From the NCBI GenBank assembly GCA_963813335.1, contig CAWEYL010000001.1:617568-681567 (forward strand): 64,000 nucleotides of DNA. Reading direction: 5' to 3'. Shown piece after piece: positions 1 to 9,598 of the stretch. Position numbers and translations under genes: made by a program. Source of the DNA: an uncultured Chloroflexia bacterium. GTDB taxonomy: Bacteria; Chloroflexota; Limnocylindria; Limnocylindrales; CSP1-4. The notes under the pieces are model-generated. The model was given only the letters and a program-made list of their open reading frames with translations. It was not told the DNA's origin and did not search any database. Positions within the stretch are counted from its first letter, which is position 1, and each line of letters starts with the position of its first letter.

Positions 1-38
1 GCCGGCCATCCAGCCGCCGCGGAGCCGCCGGTGTTTGA
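1..38 (+). CDS. 3' end of an upstream ORF running off the window start, presumably secD (partial)
   Basis: The open frame ends at TGA 36-38 and overlaps the secF GTG. GGAG at 21-24 would serve as the secF RBS. The secD-secF order is what is usually seen. Confidence 0.3.
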   Translation, partial: RPSSRRGAAGV

Positions 39-1281
39 CGTCATCGGCAAACGTCGGTGGTTCTACGCGTTCTCACTGCTCCTCACGATCCCGGGACTGA
101 TCTTCATCCTCCTCACCCCGATCTCCGACGCCGGCCTGCAGTTCAGCATCGACTACACCGGCGGGACCAAGTGGGAGATCAAGTTCGAGGACCCGACGGT
201 CACCCCGGACCAGGTCGAGGCCGTCTTCGCCGAGCACGGCCTGGAGGCCAGCGCGATCACGACGGGCTCCGGCTTCATCGAGATCCGCACCGTGGTGCCG
301 ATCGGCCTCCAGCCGCAGGCCCCGCAGGCCACCCCGGTGCCGACCCTGGCCCTACCGAGCGCGACCCCATCGGGCTCGGCGTCCGCGTCCGCCTCCGCTT
401 CGGCTTCCGCGTCCGCGTCCGCCTCCGCCTCGACCGCCGCGAGCGCCAGCGCCAGCCCGGCCGCCTCGGCCAGCGGGAGCGCCGTCCCGTCCGCGAGCCC
501 GGCGCCGTCGGCCACGCCGGCGCCCTCGGCAAGCCCATCCGCGAGCCCGTCGGCCGGCGCCTCGCCCTCGGCGTCGCCATCGGCCGCACCGGCCGGCACC
601 ATCGAGCTGCCGACGACCGGCCCGCTCGGCGAGGTCCGCACCGCGCTCGAGGCCCAGCTCGGCAAGATCGCGGCCCAGAACAGCCTGACGACCATCGGCG
701 CCGTCGTGAGCTCCGACCTGATCAGCCAGGCGCTCATCCTGATCCTGGTCGGGTCGATCGGGATCCTGCTCTGGATCACCTACCGCTTCCGCGACGTGAA
801 GTTCGGGGTCACGGCGCTCGTCGCGCTGCTGCACGACGTCATCCTCGTCGTCGGCTTCTTCGCCCTGCTCGGGACGTTCTTCAACGTCCAGATCGACGCC
901 CTGTTCGTGACGGCGATGCTGACGATCATCGGGTTCAGCGTGCACGACACGATCGTGGTGTTCGACCGCGTCCGCGAGAACCGCGCCCGGCATGCCGGCG
1001 AGCCGTTCGCCGACATCGTCAACCACTCCATCCTGCAGACGTTCGGGCGCTCCATCACGACCAGCCTGACCGTCGTCCTGACGCTCCTCGCCCTCCTGCT
1101 GTTCGGCGGCTCGGCGATCAACGACTTCATCCTCGCGCTGCTGATCGGCATCGTGTCCGGGACGTACTCCTCGATCTTCGTGGCCAGCCCGCTGCTCGTG
1201 GACTGGCATCTCTGGGAGGACCGCCGGCGCGGCCGCGTCGCCACGACCCGCGCCCCTCGACCCCGCCGTTCCGTTTCCTGA
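31..1281 (+). CDS. secF: protein translocase subunit SecF carrying a ~95-aa Ala/Ser/Pro low-complexity insert
   Basis: N-terminal TM helix, DYTGGT motif and a C-terminal multi-TM block typical of SecF. GTG start. Confidence 0.9.
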   Translation: MFDVIGKRRWFYAFSLLLTIPGLIFILLTPISDAGLQFSIDYTGGTKWEIKFEDPTVTPDQVEAVFAEHGLEASAITTGSGFIEIRTVVPIGLQPQAPQATPVPTLALPSATPSGSASASASASASASASASASTAASASASPAASASGSAVPSASPAPSATPAPSASPSASPSAGASPSASPSAAPAGTIELPTTGPLGEVRTALEAQLGKIAAQNSLTTIGAVVSSDLISQALILILVGSIGILLWITYRFRDVKFGVTALVALLHDVILVVGFFALLGTFFNVQIDALFVTAMLTIIGFSVHDTIVVFDRVRENRARHAGEPFADIVNHSILQTFGRSITTSLTVVLTLLALLLFGGSAINDFILALLIGIVSGTYSSIFVASPLLVDWHLWEDRRRGRVATTRAPRPRRSVS

Positions 1282-1336
1282 CCCGACCGATGGAGGCGCC
1301 CGTCAAAGCCGCGGTGCAGCGACGGATGTCAGACTG

Positions 1337-3105
1337 ATGGACGTGCTCGAGCCGCGTTTCCGCTGGGTGTTCCCGGACCACGCCGAGGTCTCGGCCGACG
1401 CGGCCGCCGCCGCGACGCGGCACGGCCTGTCGGCGCGCGTGGCCAGCCTCCTCGTGGCCCGTGGCGCGCCGGACGGACCCGCCATCGACGCGTTCTTCGG
1501 CGATCCCCTCGACGGGCTGCACGACCCGGCCCTGCTCCCCGACATCGGGATCCTGCTGGGACGGCTCGCGCTCGCGCGCGAGCAGGGTGAGCGCGTGCTC
1601 GTCTTCGGCGACTTCGACGCGGACGGGCTGACCGGGCTGGCGATCATGGTCCAGGCCCTCGAACGCTACGGGCTGACGGTCGAGCCATACGTCCCGAGCC
1701 GCCTCGAGGAGGGCCACGGCCTCTCGATCGCGGCCCTCGACCGGGCCCAGGCGGTCGGGGCCACGGTGATCATCACGGTCGACTGCGGTGCGACCAGCCA
1801 CGCCGAGATCGCCGAGGCCGGCCGCCGCGGGCTCGACGTCATCGTCACCGACCACCACCGCGTCCCGCCGGTGATGCCGCCGGCGCTGGCCGTGGTGGAC
1901 CCGCACCGCGCCGGACTCGGTCTACCCGGACCGGCGGCTCGCGGGCAGCGGCGTCGCCTTCAAGATCGCCGGCGCGCTCCTGGCCGACCTGCCCGGGCGG
2001 CCCGGCGGCGGCGCTCGCGCTGGCGGACCTCGCGACCATCGGGACCGTCGCGGACGTGGCGCCGATCGTCGGCGAGAACCGGGCGATCGCCCGCCTCGGG
2101 CTGGCGATCCTGCGCGCCGCGCCGCGGCCCGGCATCGCTGCGCTTCTGGAGCGGGCCAACGTCGCGCCCGCCGCCGTCGACCTCGAGACCGTCTCGTTCG
2201 CGATCGCCCCCCGGCTGAACGCCGCCGGCCGGGTGGGGGAGGCCGTGGAGGCCGCGCGCCTCCTGCTGGCGACGACGAGCGAGGACGCGAACCGCCACGC
2301 CGACGCCCTCGAAGCGGCCAACCTCGAGCGTCGCGACCTGCTCAAGCGGGCGCTGGTCGAGGCGCGCGCCGCGGTGGACGTCGGCGCGACCCCGCCTGCC
2401 ACCCTCATCCACGGGCCGTGGCCGGTGGGCATCGTCGGGCTCCTCGCGGCCAGGCTGGTCGAGGACCTCGGGCGGCCCGCCGTGGTCGGATCGGAGCAAG
2501 GCGACACGATCCGCGCGTCGTGCCGCAGCGACGGGTCGATGGACCTCGGCGCCGCGCTCGAGCGGTGCGGCGACCTCTTCACGCGGTATGGCGGCCATGC
2601 CGGCGCCGCCGGCTTCGAGCTCCCGACGGCGGACTGGGACGCCTTCTGCGCGCGGTTCCTCGTGCTCGCCGAGGCGACCGCGCCGGTCGACCCGCGCGTC
2701 CCGTTGCGGATCGACCTGGTCGTGTCGGCCCTCGAGGTCGACTACGCCTTCCTGCGCGAGCTCGCCGGGCTGGCGCCCTACGGCCCGGGCAACCCGGACC
2801 CGCTCGTGGCGGTGCTCGGCATGACCGTGACCCGCGTCCGGGCCGCGACCGGTGGGCACAGCCAGCTCACGCTGCGCCGCGATCGCGACGTCCTCGACGG
2901 GATCGCCTTCGGCCGGCCGGACCTCGCCGAGGTCGTCCGGGAAGGGGACCGGCTCGACATCGTGGCGCGGCTGGTCAGCCGCCAGTTCGGCGGCCTCGAG
3001 ACGCTCCAGCTCGAGATCCGCGACGCCGCGCCGGCCGGCCACCACGTCGGGCTGCGCGCCGCGGCGCAGCCCCTTGGCGGCTCGCTCGCCGGGGTCGGGG
3101 CATGA
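1337..3105 (+). pseudogene. recJ: single-stranded-DNA-specific exonuclease RecJ, reading frame broken twice (about 1910 and about 2000-2012)
   Basis: DHH motifs are present (GDFDADG, VDCG, TDHH). The LAGSGVAFK segment reads only in the third frame, and the C-terminal DHHA1/OB part reads in ORF 2056-3105. Confidence 0.85.
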
Positions 3106-4346
3106 CCGGCTCCGCGCGCCCGCCGCGCGCCTCCGACCCGTACGGCGTCGGGCCGGTCCGCTCGCTCATCGCCCCGGTCGCGTCCGTCGTCGGCCTGCTG
3201 GTCGTCGCGTTCGTGACGCTCAGCCTGCTCAACGGGAACGTGCCGCTGGTCGGGGCGCCAGCCGCAGGGCCAGCCGGCTCCGGCGGTACGGTCCCGGGGG
3301 TCGCGCAGACCGCGGCCCCGTCCAACGTGATCGTGGTGGAGCCTGAGGCCGCCTTCCCGGGCTCGATCGTCTACGCGAAGGCCGGCAACATCTGGATCCA
3401 GTCAGGCAAGGACGTCAAGCAGCTCACGAACGGCGGGACGGACTCGATGCCGTCGTGGTCCCCCGACGGCCAGCAGGTCTACTTCGTCCGGACCATCAAC
3501 GAGATCGGGACGTGGCCGTCGCAGGGCAAGCCGTCCCACTACCTGATGACCGTCCCGAGCGTGATGGTGGTCAACGCCGATGGCAGCGGGTCGCCGTCGC
3601 GGATCATCAACGGCAAGATCCACAAGGGCAGCCTCGAGTGGTTCACCTGGCTCCGCCAGCCGGTGTCCTCGCCGAACGGCAACACGCTGGCCCTCGTCTC
3701 GGACGCGCCCGATCCGACCAAGTCGGACGTGATCCTGCAGCTGTACGACCTCGCCAAGAAGAAGTCGACCATCCCCGACGTGACCGAGGTCGCGCCGCTC
3801 GGTCACCAGGACCCGGCCTGGAAGCCGGATGGGCTGACGCTGCTGTATGTCCGCAACGCGCGCGACGGACCCAAGGGTGCCGCGGCGATCTACCGCTACG
3901 ACCTGAAGACCAAGAAGGGCACGCCCCTGACAGGCCCGGGCTATCTCGAGCCCAACTACTCGCCGGATGGGCGCTACATCACCGCGACCAAGTCGGGCAC
4001 GTTCGGCTCGGACATCGTGGTGCTCGACGCGTCCCGCGGCCGCGAGCTCCTGCGGGTCACCAACGACGGCGGATCCTGGGCACCGGTCTGGTCGCCCAAG
4101 GGCGACGCGATCGCGTTCCTCCACATCGAGGGCCAGATCGTCGACCTGCGCATGGCCACGCTCGGCGGGAGCGCGCCGGACTGGACCGTCACGTCGGTCA
4201 AGCCCCTGACCGAGGTCTCGGGCCTGGACGGGGCGTCCCGACCGGATTGGTTCATCCCCGCGAGCGAGCTGCCGATCCCGACGCCGGCGCCGACGCCGAG
4301 CGCGACCACCGTGCCGTCCGCCAGCCAGAGCGCGCCCGCGCCGTGA
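3102..4346 (+). CDS. membrane-anchored TolB-like PD40 beta-propeller protein
   Basis: One N-terminal TM helix. Repeated PD40 motifs (SWSPDG, AWKPDG, NYSPDG, VWSPKG). ATGA overlap with the recJ stop. Confidence 0.8.
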   Translation: MTGSARPPRASDPYGVGPVRSLIAPVASVVGLLVVAFVTLSLLNGNVPLVGAPAAGPAGSGGTVPGVAQTAAPSNVIVVEPEAAFPGSIVYAKAGNIWIQSGKDVKQLTNGGTDSMPSWSPDGQQVYFVRTINEIGTWPSQGKPSHYLMTVPSVMVVNADGSGSPSRIINGKIHKGSLEWFTWLRQPVSSPNGNTLALVSDAPDPTKSDVILQLYDLAKKKSTIPDVTEVAPLGHQDPAWKPDGLTLLYVRNARDGPKGAAAIYRYDLKTKKGTPLTGPGYLEPNYSPDGRYITATKSGTFGSDIVVLDASRGRELLRVTNDGGSWAPVWSPKGDAIAFLHIEGQIVDLRMATLGGSAPDWTVTSVKPLTEVSGLDGASRPDWFIPASELPIPTPAPTPSATTVPSASQSAPAP

Positions 4347-5218
4347 CGACGACCTACCTCGAACGGCTCGCGGCACGGTCCGCGGCGACCGGCACGGTGC
4401 TCTGCCTCGGGCTGGATCCCGACCCGGCGACCATGCCGGACGGGTTCTCCCGCGACCTCGCCGGCCTCGAGCGGTTCGCGACGCTGGTCGTGGAGGCTGC
4501 GGCACCGCATGCCGCGGCCATCAAGCCGAACCTCGCCTTCTTCGAGGCGTTCGGGTCGGCCGGGATGGCGGCCCTCGAGCGCATCCGGGCGCGCCTCCCG
4601 GGGGACCTCCCGGTGCTGGCCGACGCGAAGCGCGGCGACATCGGGTCGACCGCGGCCCGCCAGGCCGTCGCGCTGTTCGACGTCCTCGGCGCCGACGCGG
4701 TGACCGTCAACCCGTACCTCGGCGCGGAGGCGATCGCGCCGCTCCTCGATCGAGCAGACCGGTTCGCCTACGTCCTGTGCCGGACGTCCAATCCCGGGGC
4801 AGGGGAGCTCCAGGATCTCATGGTCACGGAGGACCTCGACGCGGGCTTCCCGGCCGAGCCGCTCCACCGACGCGTGGCCCGGCGAGCGGCGACCTGGGGC
4901 CCGGGCGGCACCGTCGGACTGGTCGTCGGCGGGACCGCGCCCGCCGAGCTCGCCGGCATCCGCGCGACGGTGCCCGGCCTGGCCTTCCTCGTGCCCGGCG
5001 TCGGCGCCCAGGGTGGCGAGGCGGACGCCGTCCTCGAGCACGGGATGGCCAGCGCCGCACCAGCCGGGAGCCGCGCTGGCCGAGGCCTGCTGGTCAACGT
5101 GTCGCGCGCGATCGCCGACCCGCCGACGGTCGCGGGGACGGGCGGTCCGACCGACCCCTTCGAGCGTGTCGCGCACGCCGCCGCCGAGTGGGCCCGAAAG
5201 CTCCCTGTGCTACCCTAG
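4343..5218 (+). CDS. pyrF: orotidine 5'-phosphate decarboxylase (long type-2 form)
   Basis: Motifs LGLDP, KPNLAFFE and DAKRGDIGST. GTGA overlap with the upstream stop. Confidence 0.85.
   Translation: MTTTYLERLAARSAATGTVLCLGLDPDPATMPDGFSRDLAGLERFATLVVEAAAPHAAAIKPNLAFFEAFGSAGMAALERIRARLPGDLPVLADAKRGDIGSTAARQAVALFDVLGADAVTVNPYLGAEAIAPLLDRADRFAYVLCRTSNPGAGELQDLMVTEDLDAGFPAEPLHRRVARRAATWGPGGTVGLVVGGTAPAELAGIRATVPGLAFLVPGVGAQGGEADAVLEHGMASAAPAGSRAGRGLLVNVSRAIADPPTVAGTGGPTDPFERVAHAAAEWARKLPVLP
5208..5216 (+). promoter_or_regulatory. candidate extended -10 promoter (TGCTACCCT) for tatA
   Basis: Matches the TGnTAnnnT motif that recurs upstream of genes in this window. It lies 83 nt before the tatA ATG. 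Confidence 0.35.
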
Positions 5219-5298
5219 CCGGCGCACCGGACGGTCCCCGCGCCTCGTCCCCGAGCGACGTGGCGCATCCCTGAAACGACCTTCACAGGAGCACGACG

Positions 5299-5634
5299 AT
5301 GCCGAACATCGGAGCCCCGGAGCTCATCATCATCCTGGTCATCGCGCTGCTGGTCCTCGGCCCGGGCAAGCTTCCCGAGGTCGGCAAGTCGATCGGCCAG
5401 AGCATCAAGGAATTCCGGAAGGCGTCGACCGACGTCCAGGAAGGCATGAACCTCAACCCGACCCCGGCGACGCCGGCCGCGGGCGCGGTGGCCCGCGGCG
5501 CGCCGGTGGCCCAGGTCGAGGCCGCCCCGGTCGCCGCAGCGCCGGTGGCCGCCGCCGTCGCTGCGCCTGCCACCGCTCCTGAGCCGGTCGCGGCTGCGCC
5601 CGCCGCCAGCGAGCCGACGGCCCCGAGCAACTGA
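5299..5634 (+). CDS. tatA: twin-arginine translocase subunit TatA/E
   Basis: N-terminal sequence MPNIGAPELIIILVIALLVLGPGKLPE. AGGAG RBS. Confidence 0.9.
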   Translation: MPNIGAPELIIILVIALLVLGPGKLPEVGKSIGQSIKEFRKASTDVQEGMNLNPTPATPAAGAVARGAPVAQVEAAPVAAAPVAAAVAAPATAPEPVAAAPAASEPTAPSN

Positions 5635-5657
5635 CGCTCCGCGTCCTGGTCCGCTAG

Positions 5658-6470
5658 ATGGCCGACGCCGACGCCCTGCGCGACGCCGGCGTCCCGGCGA
5701 TCCCGGTGACGCCCGGGTCGACGCCGCCCCCGGACGCCGCGCCGCCCAGCGCGCCCGACAGCTCGGTGATGACGCTCATCGACCATCTCGGTGAGCTGCG
5801 CACTCGGCTCTTCCGCGCGATCCTGGCGGTCGCGGTCGGCAGCGCCATCGGGTTCTACTTCGCCAGGGACATCCGGAACCTCCTGATCGCGCCGCTGCCA
5901 CCGGACCCACTGACGGGCCACCCCAGCGTGCAGGTCCTCGGCCTCGGCGATGCCTTCGTCATCCAGCTCAAGATCTCCATCGTCTTCGGCATCATCGTGG
6001 CGATGCCCGTGCTGCTCTACCAGCTCTGGGCCTTCGTCGCGCCTGGCTTGACCCCATCGGAGAGGAAGACGGTCCGGCCATGGATCCCGTTGGCGCTCTT
6101 CTTCTTCGCCCTCGGCGTCGTGATCGCGTACTTCATCCTCCCCTACGCGGTCGCCTTCCTGCTCGCGTTCACCGACGAATACCTGACACAGGGCATCGCG
6201 GCCGGCCCGTACTTCGAGTTCGTGACCACGATGTTCCTGGCGTTCGGCCTGGTGTTGGAGTTCCCGATCGTGATGGTCGGCCTCTCGAAGGTCGGCATCC
6301 TGACGTCGGAGCGGCTGAACGGCACGCGTCGGATGACGATCCTCGGGATCGCGATCTTCGCGGCCGTGGCGACCCCGGGCGGCGACCTCGTGAGCCCGTT
6401 CGTGCTGGGGCTCACGATGTACCTGCTCTACGAGCTGACGACCTTGTACATCAAGCGCACCGGGCGGTGA
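5658..6470 (+). CDS. tatC: twin-arginine translocase subunit TatC
   Basis: LIDHLGELRTRL motif and six TM segments. An alternative start at ATG 5769 is possible. Confidence 0.9.
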   Translation: MADADALRDAGVPAIPVTPGSTPPPDAAPPSAPDSSVMTLIDHLGELRTRLFRAILAVAVGSAIGFYFARDIRNLLIAPLPPDPLTGHPSVQVLGLGDAFVIQLKISIVFGIIVAMPVLLYQLWAFVAPGLTPSERKTVRPWIPLALFFFALGVVIAYFILPYAVAFLLAFTDEYLTQGIAAGPYFEFVTTMFLAFGLVLEFPIVMVGLSKVGILTSERLNGTRRMTILGIAIFAAVATPGGDLVSPFVLGLTMYLLYELTTLYIKRTGR

Positions 6471-7375
6471 CCGGGCGGCCGGAGGGCGGCGCGGTCGGCG
6501 AGGCCCTGCCCGGACCCGCGGTCGTGATCGTCAGCGGCCTGTCCGGTGGCGGCAAGACCGCCGCGGCCAAGCTGTTCGAGGACATCGGCTACACCGTCGT
6601 GGACAACCTGCCCGGTGAGCTGCTGCCCGAGCTGGCCGAGCTCGTCTCGTCCGACAGCGAGCGCTTCGCTCACGTCGCGATCGTGCTGGACGTGCGGGCG
6701 GGCGACGCGGCCATGGCCTTCGGGGCGATGCGCGGCGCGCTGGAGGGCCGCGGCATCCAGCCCAGGGTCGTCTTCCTCGAGGCGCGCGACGAGGTCCTCA
6801 TCCGCCGCTTCAGCGAGACCCGCCACCGCCACCCGCTCGGGGACCAGCGCGGGATCGCGAGCTCCATCGCCGAGGAGCGCCGCCTCCTCGACCCGGTCCG
6901 CTCCGAGTCCGACATCGTCCTCGACACCTCGGACCTGTCGCTGCGCGAGCTGCGCGAGCGGCTGTTCGCGGAGCTCGGCACGACCAGCGGCCCGGACCAG
7001 CTCGCAGTCCAGCTCATCAGCTTCGGGTTCAAGTTCGGCGTGCCCCTCGAGTCGGACCTCGTCTTCGACGTCCGGTTCATGCAGAACCCGTACTACGTCG
7101 CCGACCTGCGCCAGCTGTCGGGACTGACCGAGGCCGTCCGCGAGTTCGTCCTCGCGCAGCCCGTGGCCGGCCGCTTCCTCGCCTTCCTGCAGGATTTCCT
7201 CGACTTCGCGGTCCCGGCCTACATCGCCGAGGGCAAGACCCGGCTGACGATCGGCATCGGCTGCACCGGCGGCTACCACCGCTCGATCGTCATCAGCGAG
7301 GAGCTGGCGGCCTGGCTGCGCGAGCGCGGGTTCGGGCCGGTCGCGGTCTTCCACCGCGAGCTGGAGCGGGCGTGA
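6467..7375 (+). CDS. rapZ: RNase adapter protein RapZ (YvcJ-type P-loop NTPase)
   Basis: Walker A motif SGLSGGGKT. The C-terminal sequence IGCTGGYHRS is typical of RapZ. GTGA overlap with the tatC stop. Confidence 0.9.
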   Translation: MTGRPEGGAVGEALPGPAVVIVSGLSGGGKTAAAKLFEDIGYTVVDNLPGELLPELAELVSSDSERFAHVAIVLDVRAGDAAMAFGAMRGALEGRGIQPRVVFLEARDEVLIRRFSETRHRHPLGDQRGIASSIAEERRLLDPVRSESDIVLDTSDLSLRELRERLFAELGTTSGPDQLAVQLISFGFKFGVPLESDLVFDVRFMQNPYYVADLRQLSGLTEAVREFVLAQPVAGRFLAFLQDFLDFAVPAYIAEGKTRLTIGIGCTGGYHRSIVISEELAAWLRERGFGPVAVFHRELERA

Positions 7376-8703
7376 ACCTGCGCCGCTGGCTGAGCCCGGG
7401 GATCGGGGTCAAGCGCTGGCTGCTGGTCGTCTTCGCCGGGCTGCTCCTGCTCGCGCTCGGCGTGGCGCACGTGCTCCGCCAGGTCACCCGCGACTTCGCG
7501 CCGGTCGGCCCGCTCGGCGCCTTCATCGACATCCTGACCCTGCAGTTCCTGCCGTACCCGTTGCGCGGCCTGATCGCCGGCGGCGTCGGGTTGATCGTGC
7601 TGGTCATCGGCGCCGTCCAGGTGATCCGTGCCTTCATGGGGCCCTTCCGCACCTCGGACGCCGACCAGCCGCCCCTCGTCGAGCTGATCTACCAGAAGCG
7701 GTTCCTGGCCCGCGGGCCGCGGATCGTCGCGATCGGCGGCGGGACCGGCCTCTCCACGCTGCTCCGCGGCCTCAAGGAGCACACCAGCAATCTCACGGCG
7801 ATCGTGACGGTCGCCGACGACGGCGGATCGTCCGGCGTGCTGCGCGAGTCGCTCGGGATCCCGCCGGTCGGCGACATCCGCAACTGCATCGCCGCGCTGG
7901 CCGACGCGGAGCCGCTGATGAACGAGGTCCTCCAGTACCGCTTCCCGGCCGGGGAGGACGCCGGCGGCGACCCGTCGGGGCTCGCCGGGCATCCCGTCGG
8001 CAACCTCCTGATCGCGGCGATGACCGCGATCGAGGATGGCGACTTCGAGGAGGGCGTCCGGCAGGTCAACCGGGTGCTGGCGGTGCGCGGCCAGGTCGTG
8101 CCGGCGTCGGGGACGCCGCTCACGCTCCATGCCGAGCTCGGCGACGGGTCCACCATCCACGGCCAGTCGCTGATCATGCGGACCGCGGGGATCGGCCGGG
8201 TCTGGCTGACGCCGGCCGACGTCCGCCCGTCGGAGGACGCCCTGACGGCCATCGCCGAGGCGGACCTGATCGTCCTCGGGCCTGGCAGCCTGTACACGAG
8301 CCTGCTGCCGAGCCTGCTGATCCCGGGCATCCGCGAGGCGCTGCTGGCCAGTCACGCGCCGCGGGTCTTCGCCTGCAACGTCGCCACGCAGGACGGTGAG
8401 ACGGCCGGCTATGACCTGGCCGCCCACGTCGAGGCGCTGGTCGCCCACACCGCCCCGGGGATCATCGACATGGTCCTGGCCAACAACCGGTTCGAGGCGA
8501 AGGTGCCCGAGGTCTGGCACGCGGAGCCCGTCCGGCTCCGCTGGCCGGCGGCGGTGACGCCGCTCCCGCGCCTCGTCCTCGACGACGTCGTCGACCCGGC
8601 GAACGCCCACCACCACGACCCCGAGCGCCTCGCGCTGGCGCTCCTCTCGATCGTCGAGCGCGAGACGGGCGCCCGACGGAAGACCGTCGCGCGGACGGCC
8701 TGA
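7372..8703 (+). CDS. yvcK: YvcK/CofD-family gluconeogenesis factor with an N-terminal ~110-aa membrane extension
   Basis: Motif IVAIGGGTGLSTLLRGLK...VTVADDGGSSG. Sits in the rapZ-yvcK-whiA order. Confidence 0.85.
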   Translation: MNLRRWLSPGIGVKRWLLVVFAGLLLLALGVAHVLRQVTRDFAPVGPLGAFIDILTLQFLPYPLRGLIAGGVGLIVLVIGAVQVIRAFMGPFRTSDADQPPLVELIYQKRFLARGPRIVAIGGGTGLSTLLRGLKEHTSNLTAIVTVADDGGSSGVLRESLGIPPVGDIRNCIAALADAEPLMNEVLQYRFPAGEDAGGDPSGLAGHPVGNLLIAAMTAIEDGDFEEGVRQVNRVLAVRGQVVPASGTPLTLHAELGDGSTIHGQSLIMRTAGIGRVWLTPADVRPSEDALTAIAEADLIVLGPGSLYTSLLPSLLIPGIREALLASHAPRVFACNVATQDGETAGYDLAAHVEALVAHTAPGIIDMVLANNRFEAKVPEVWHAEPVRLRWPAAVTPLPRLVLDDVVDPANAHHHDPERLALALLSIVERETGARRKTVARTA

Positions 8704-8749
8704 GCGTGCCCCTCGTCCCCGGTCGCCGACCCGCCACGACGCTTGCCCC

Positions 8750-9598
8750 ATGACCCGCTCCGAGCGCGACCTCGTCCTGAGCCTGCGCGCCGAGCTGGCC
8801 GGCATCGACCCGTCGCGCGCCTGCGACCGGCTCGCGGAGGCCGCCGGCCTCGGCTCGAGCGCGGTCCGGCGGGAGGGGCCGGTCGCGCGGCTGGCCGTCC
8901 GGCTGCGCCGCGGCTCGGATGGCGCCGGGCGCCCGGCGGTGGCCGGCGAGGGCCCGGCCAGCGCCCCCGCCGCGTTCGACTGGGACGGCGCCGCCGAGCA
9001 CTGCCGGACCGCGTGGCTGCGGGGCCGGTTCCTCGCCTGCGGCTCGCTCAGCCTGTCGGGCGGCCGGACCCACCTCGAATTCGTCGTCGATCCGGCGGAC
9101 GCCCCGGTCCTTGCCGCACGCCTCGCGGACATCGACCTGCCGGCCTCGTGGCGGATCCGCCGCGGTCGCGGCGTCGTGACCTGGAAGAGCGGCGAGGCGG
9201 TCGGCACGTTCCTGCGCCGCATCGGGGCGGCGGGCGGCCTGCTGGAGCTCGAGGCGCGCCAGGTCTCGCGTGCCCTGCGCGGCGACCTCAACCGCGTCCT
9301 GAACGCCGAATCGGCCAACCTGCAGCGGGCCGTCAGCGCCGCCGGCCGACAACTCGACGCCATCGCCGTCCTCGAGGCGGACGGCCGGCTGGCGCGCCAG
9401 CCGGAGGTCGTCCGGATGGTCGCGGCGGCACGGCGCGAGACCCCCGAAGCCACCCTGTCGGAGCTGGCGGAGCGGCTGCACCTCCACCGGTCCGCGGCCC
9501 AGCGGGCGCTCGAGCGCATCGAGGATCTCTCCCTGCACGGTGACGACGCCCCGGTCGAGCGCCCGGCCCGCCGCCGCCGGTCGCCCGCTCTGGCATGA
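8750..9598 (+). CDS. whiA: DNA-binding protein WhiA
   Basis: Position after yvcK. C-terminal HTH region (TLSELAERLHLHRSAAQRALERI). Confidence 0.8.
   Translation: MTRSERDLVLSLRAELAGIDPSRACDRLAEAAGLGSSAVRREGPVARLAVRLRRGSDGAGRPAVAGEGPASAPAAFDWDGAAEHCRTAWLRGRFLACGSLSLSGGRTHLEFVVDPADAPVLAARLADIDLPASWRIRRGRGVVTWKSGEAVGTFLRRIGAAGGLLELEARQVSRALRGDLNRVLNAESANLQRAVSAAGRQLDAIAVLEADGRLARQPEVVRMVAAARRETPEATLSELAERLHLHRSAAQRALERIEDLSLHGDDAPVERPARRRRSPALA

Noticed and set aside
376-432. A tandem hexamer repeat as a possible CRISPR or non-coding satellite.
   Set aside because: It is in frame inside secF and encodes (Ala-Ser)n. There are no spacers. No CRISPR-like array exists anywhere in the window.
1905-2012. 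A shared CCGG context at the frameshift junctions, as a possible programmed slippery site or a methylation-linked error motif.
   Set aside because: Both recJ junctions contain CCGG. The gpmI junction (CCGCACGCATGCC) and the LCP junction (AGCCAAG) do not. CCGG is also very common at this G+C, so no common motif is supported.
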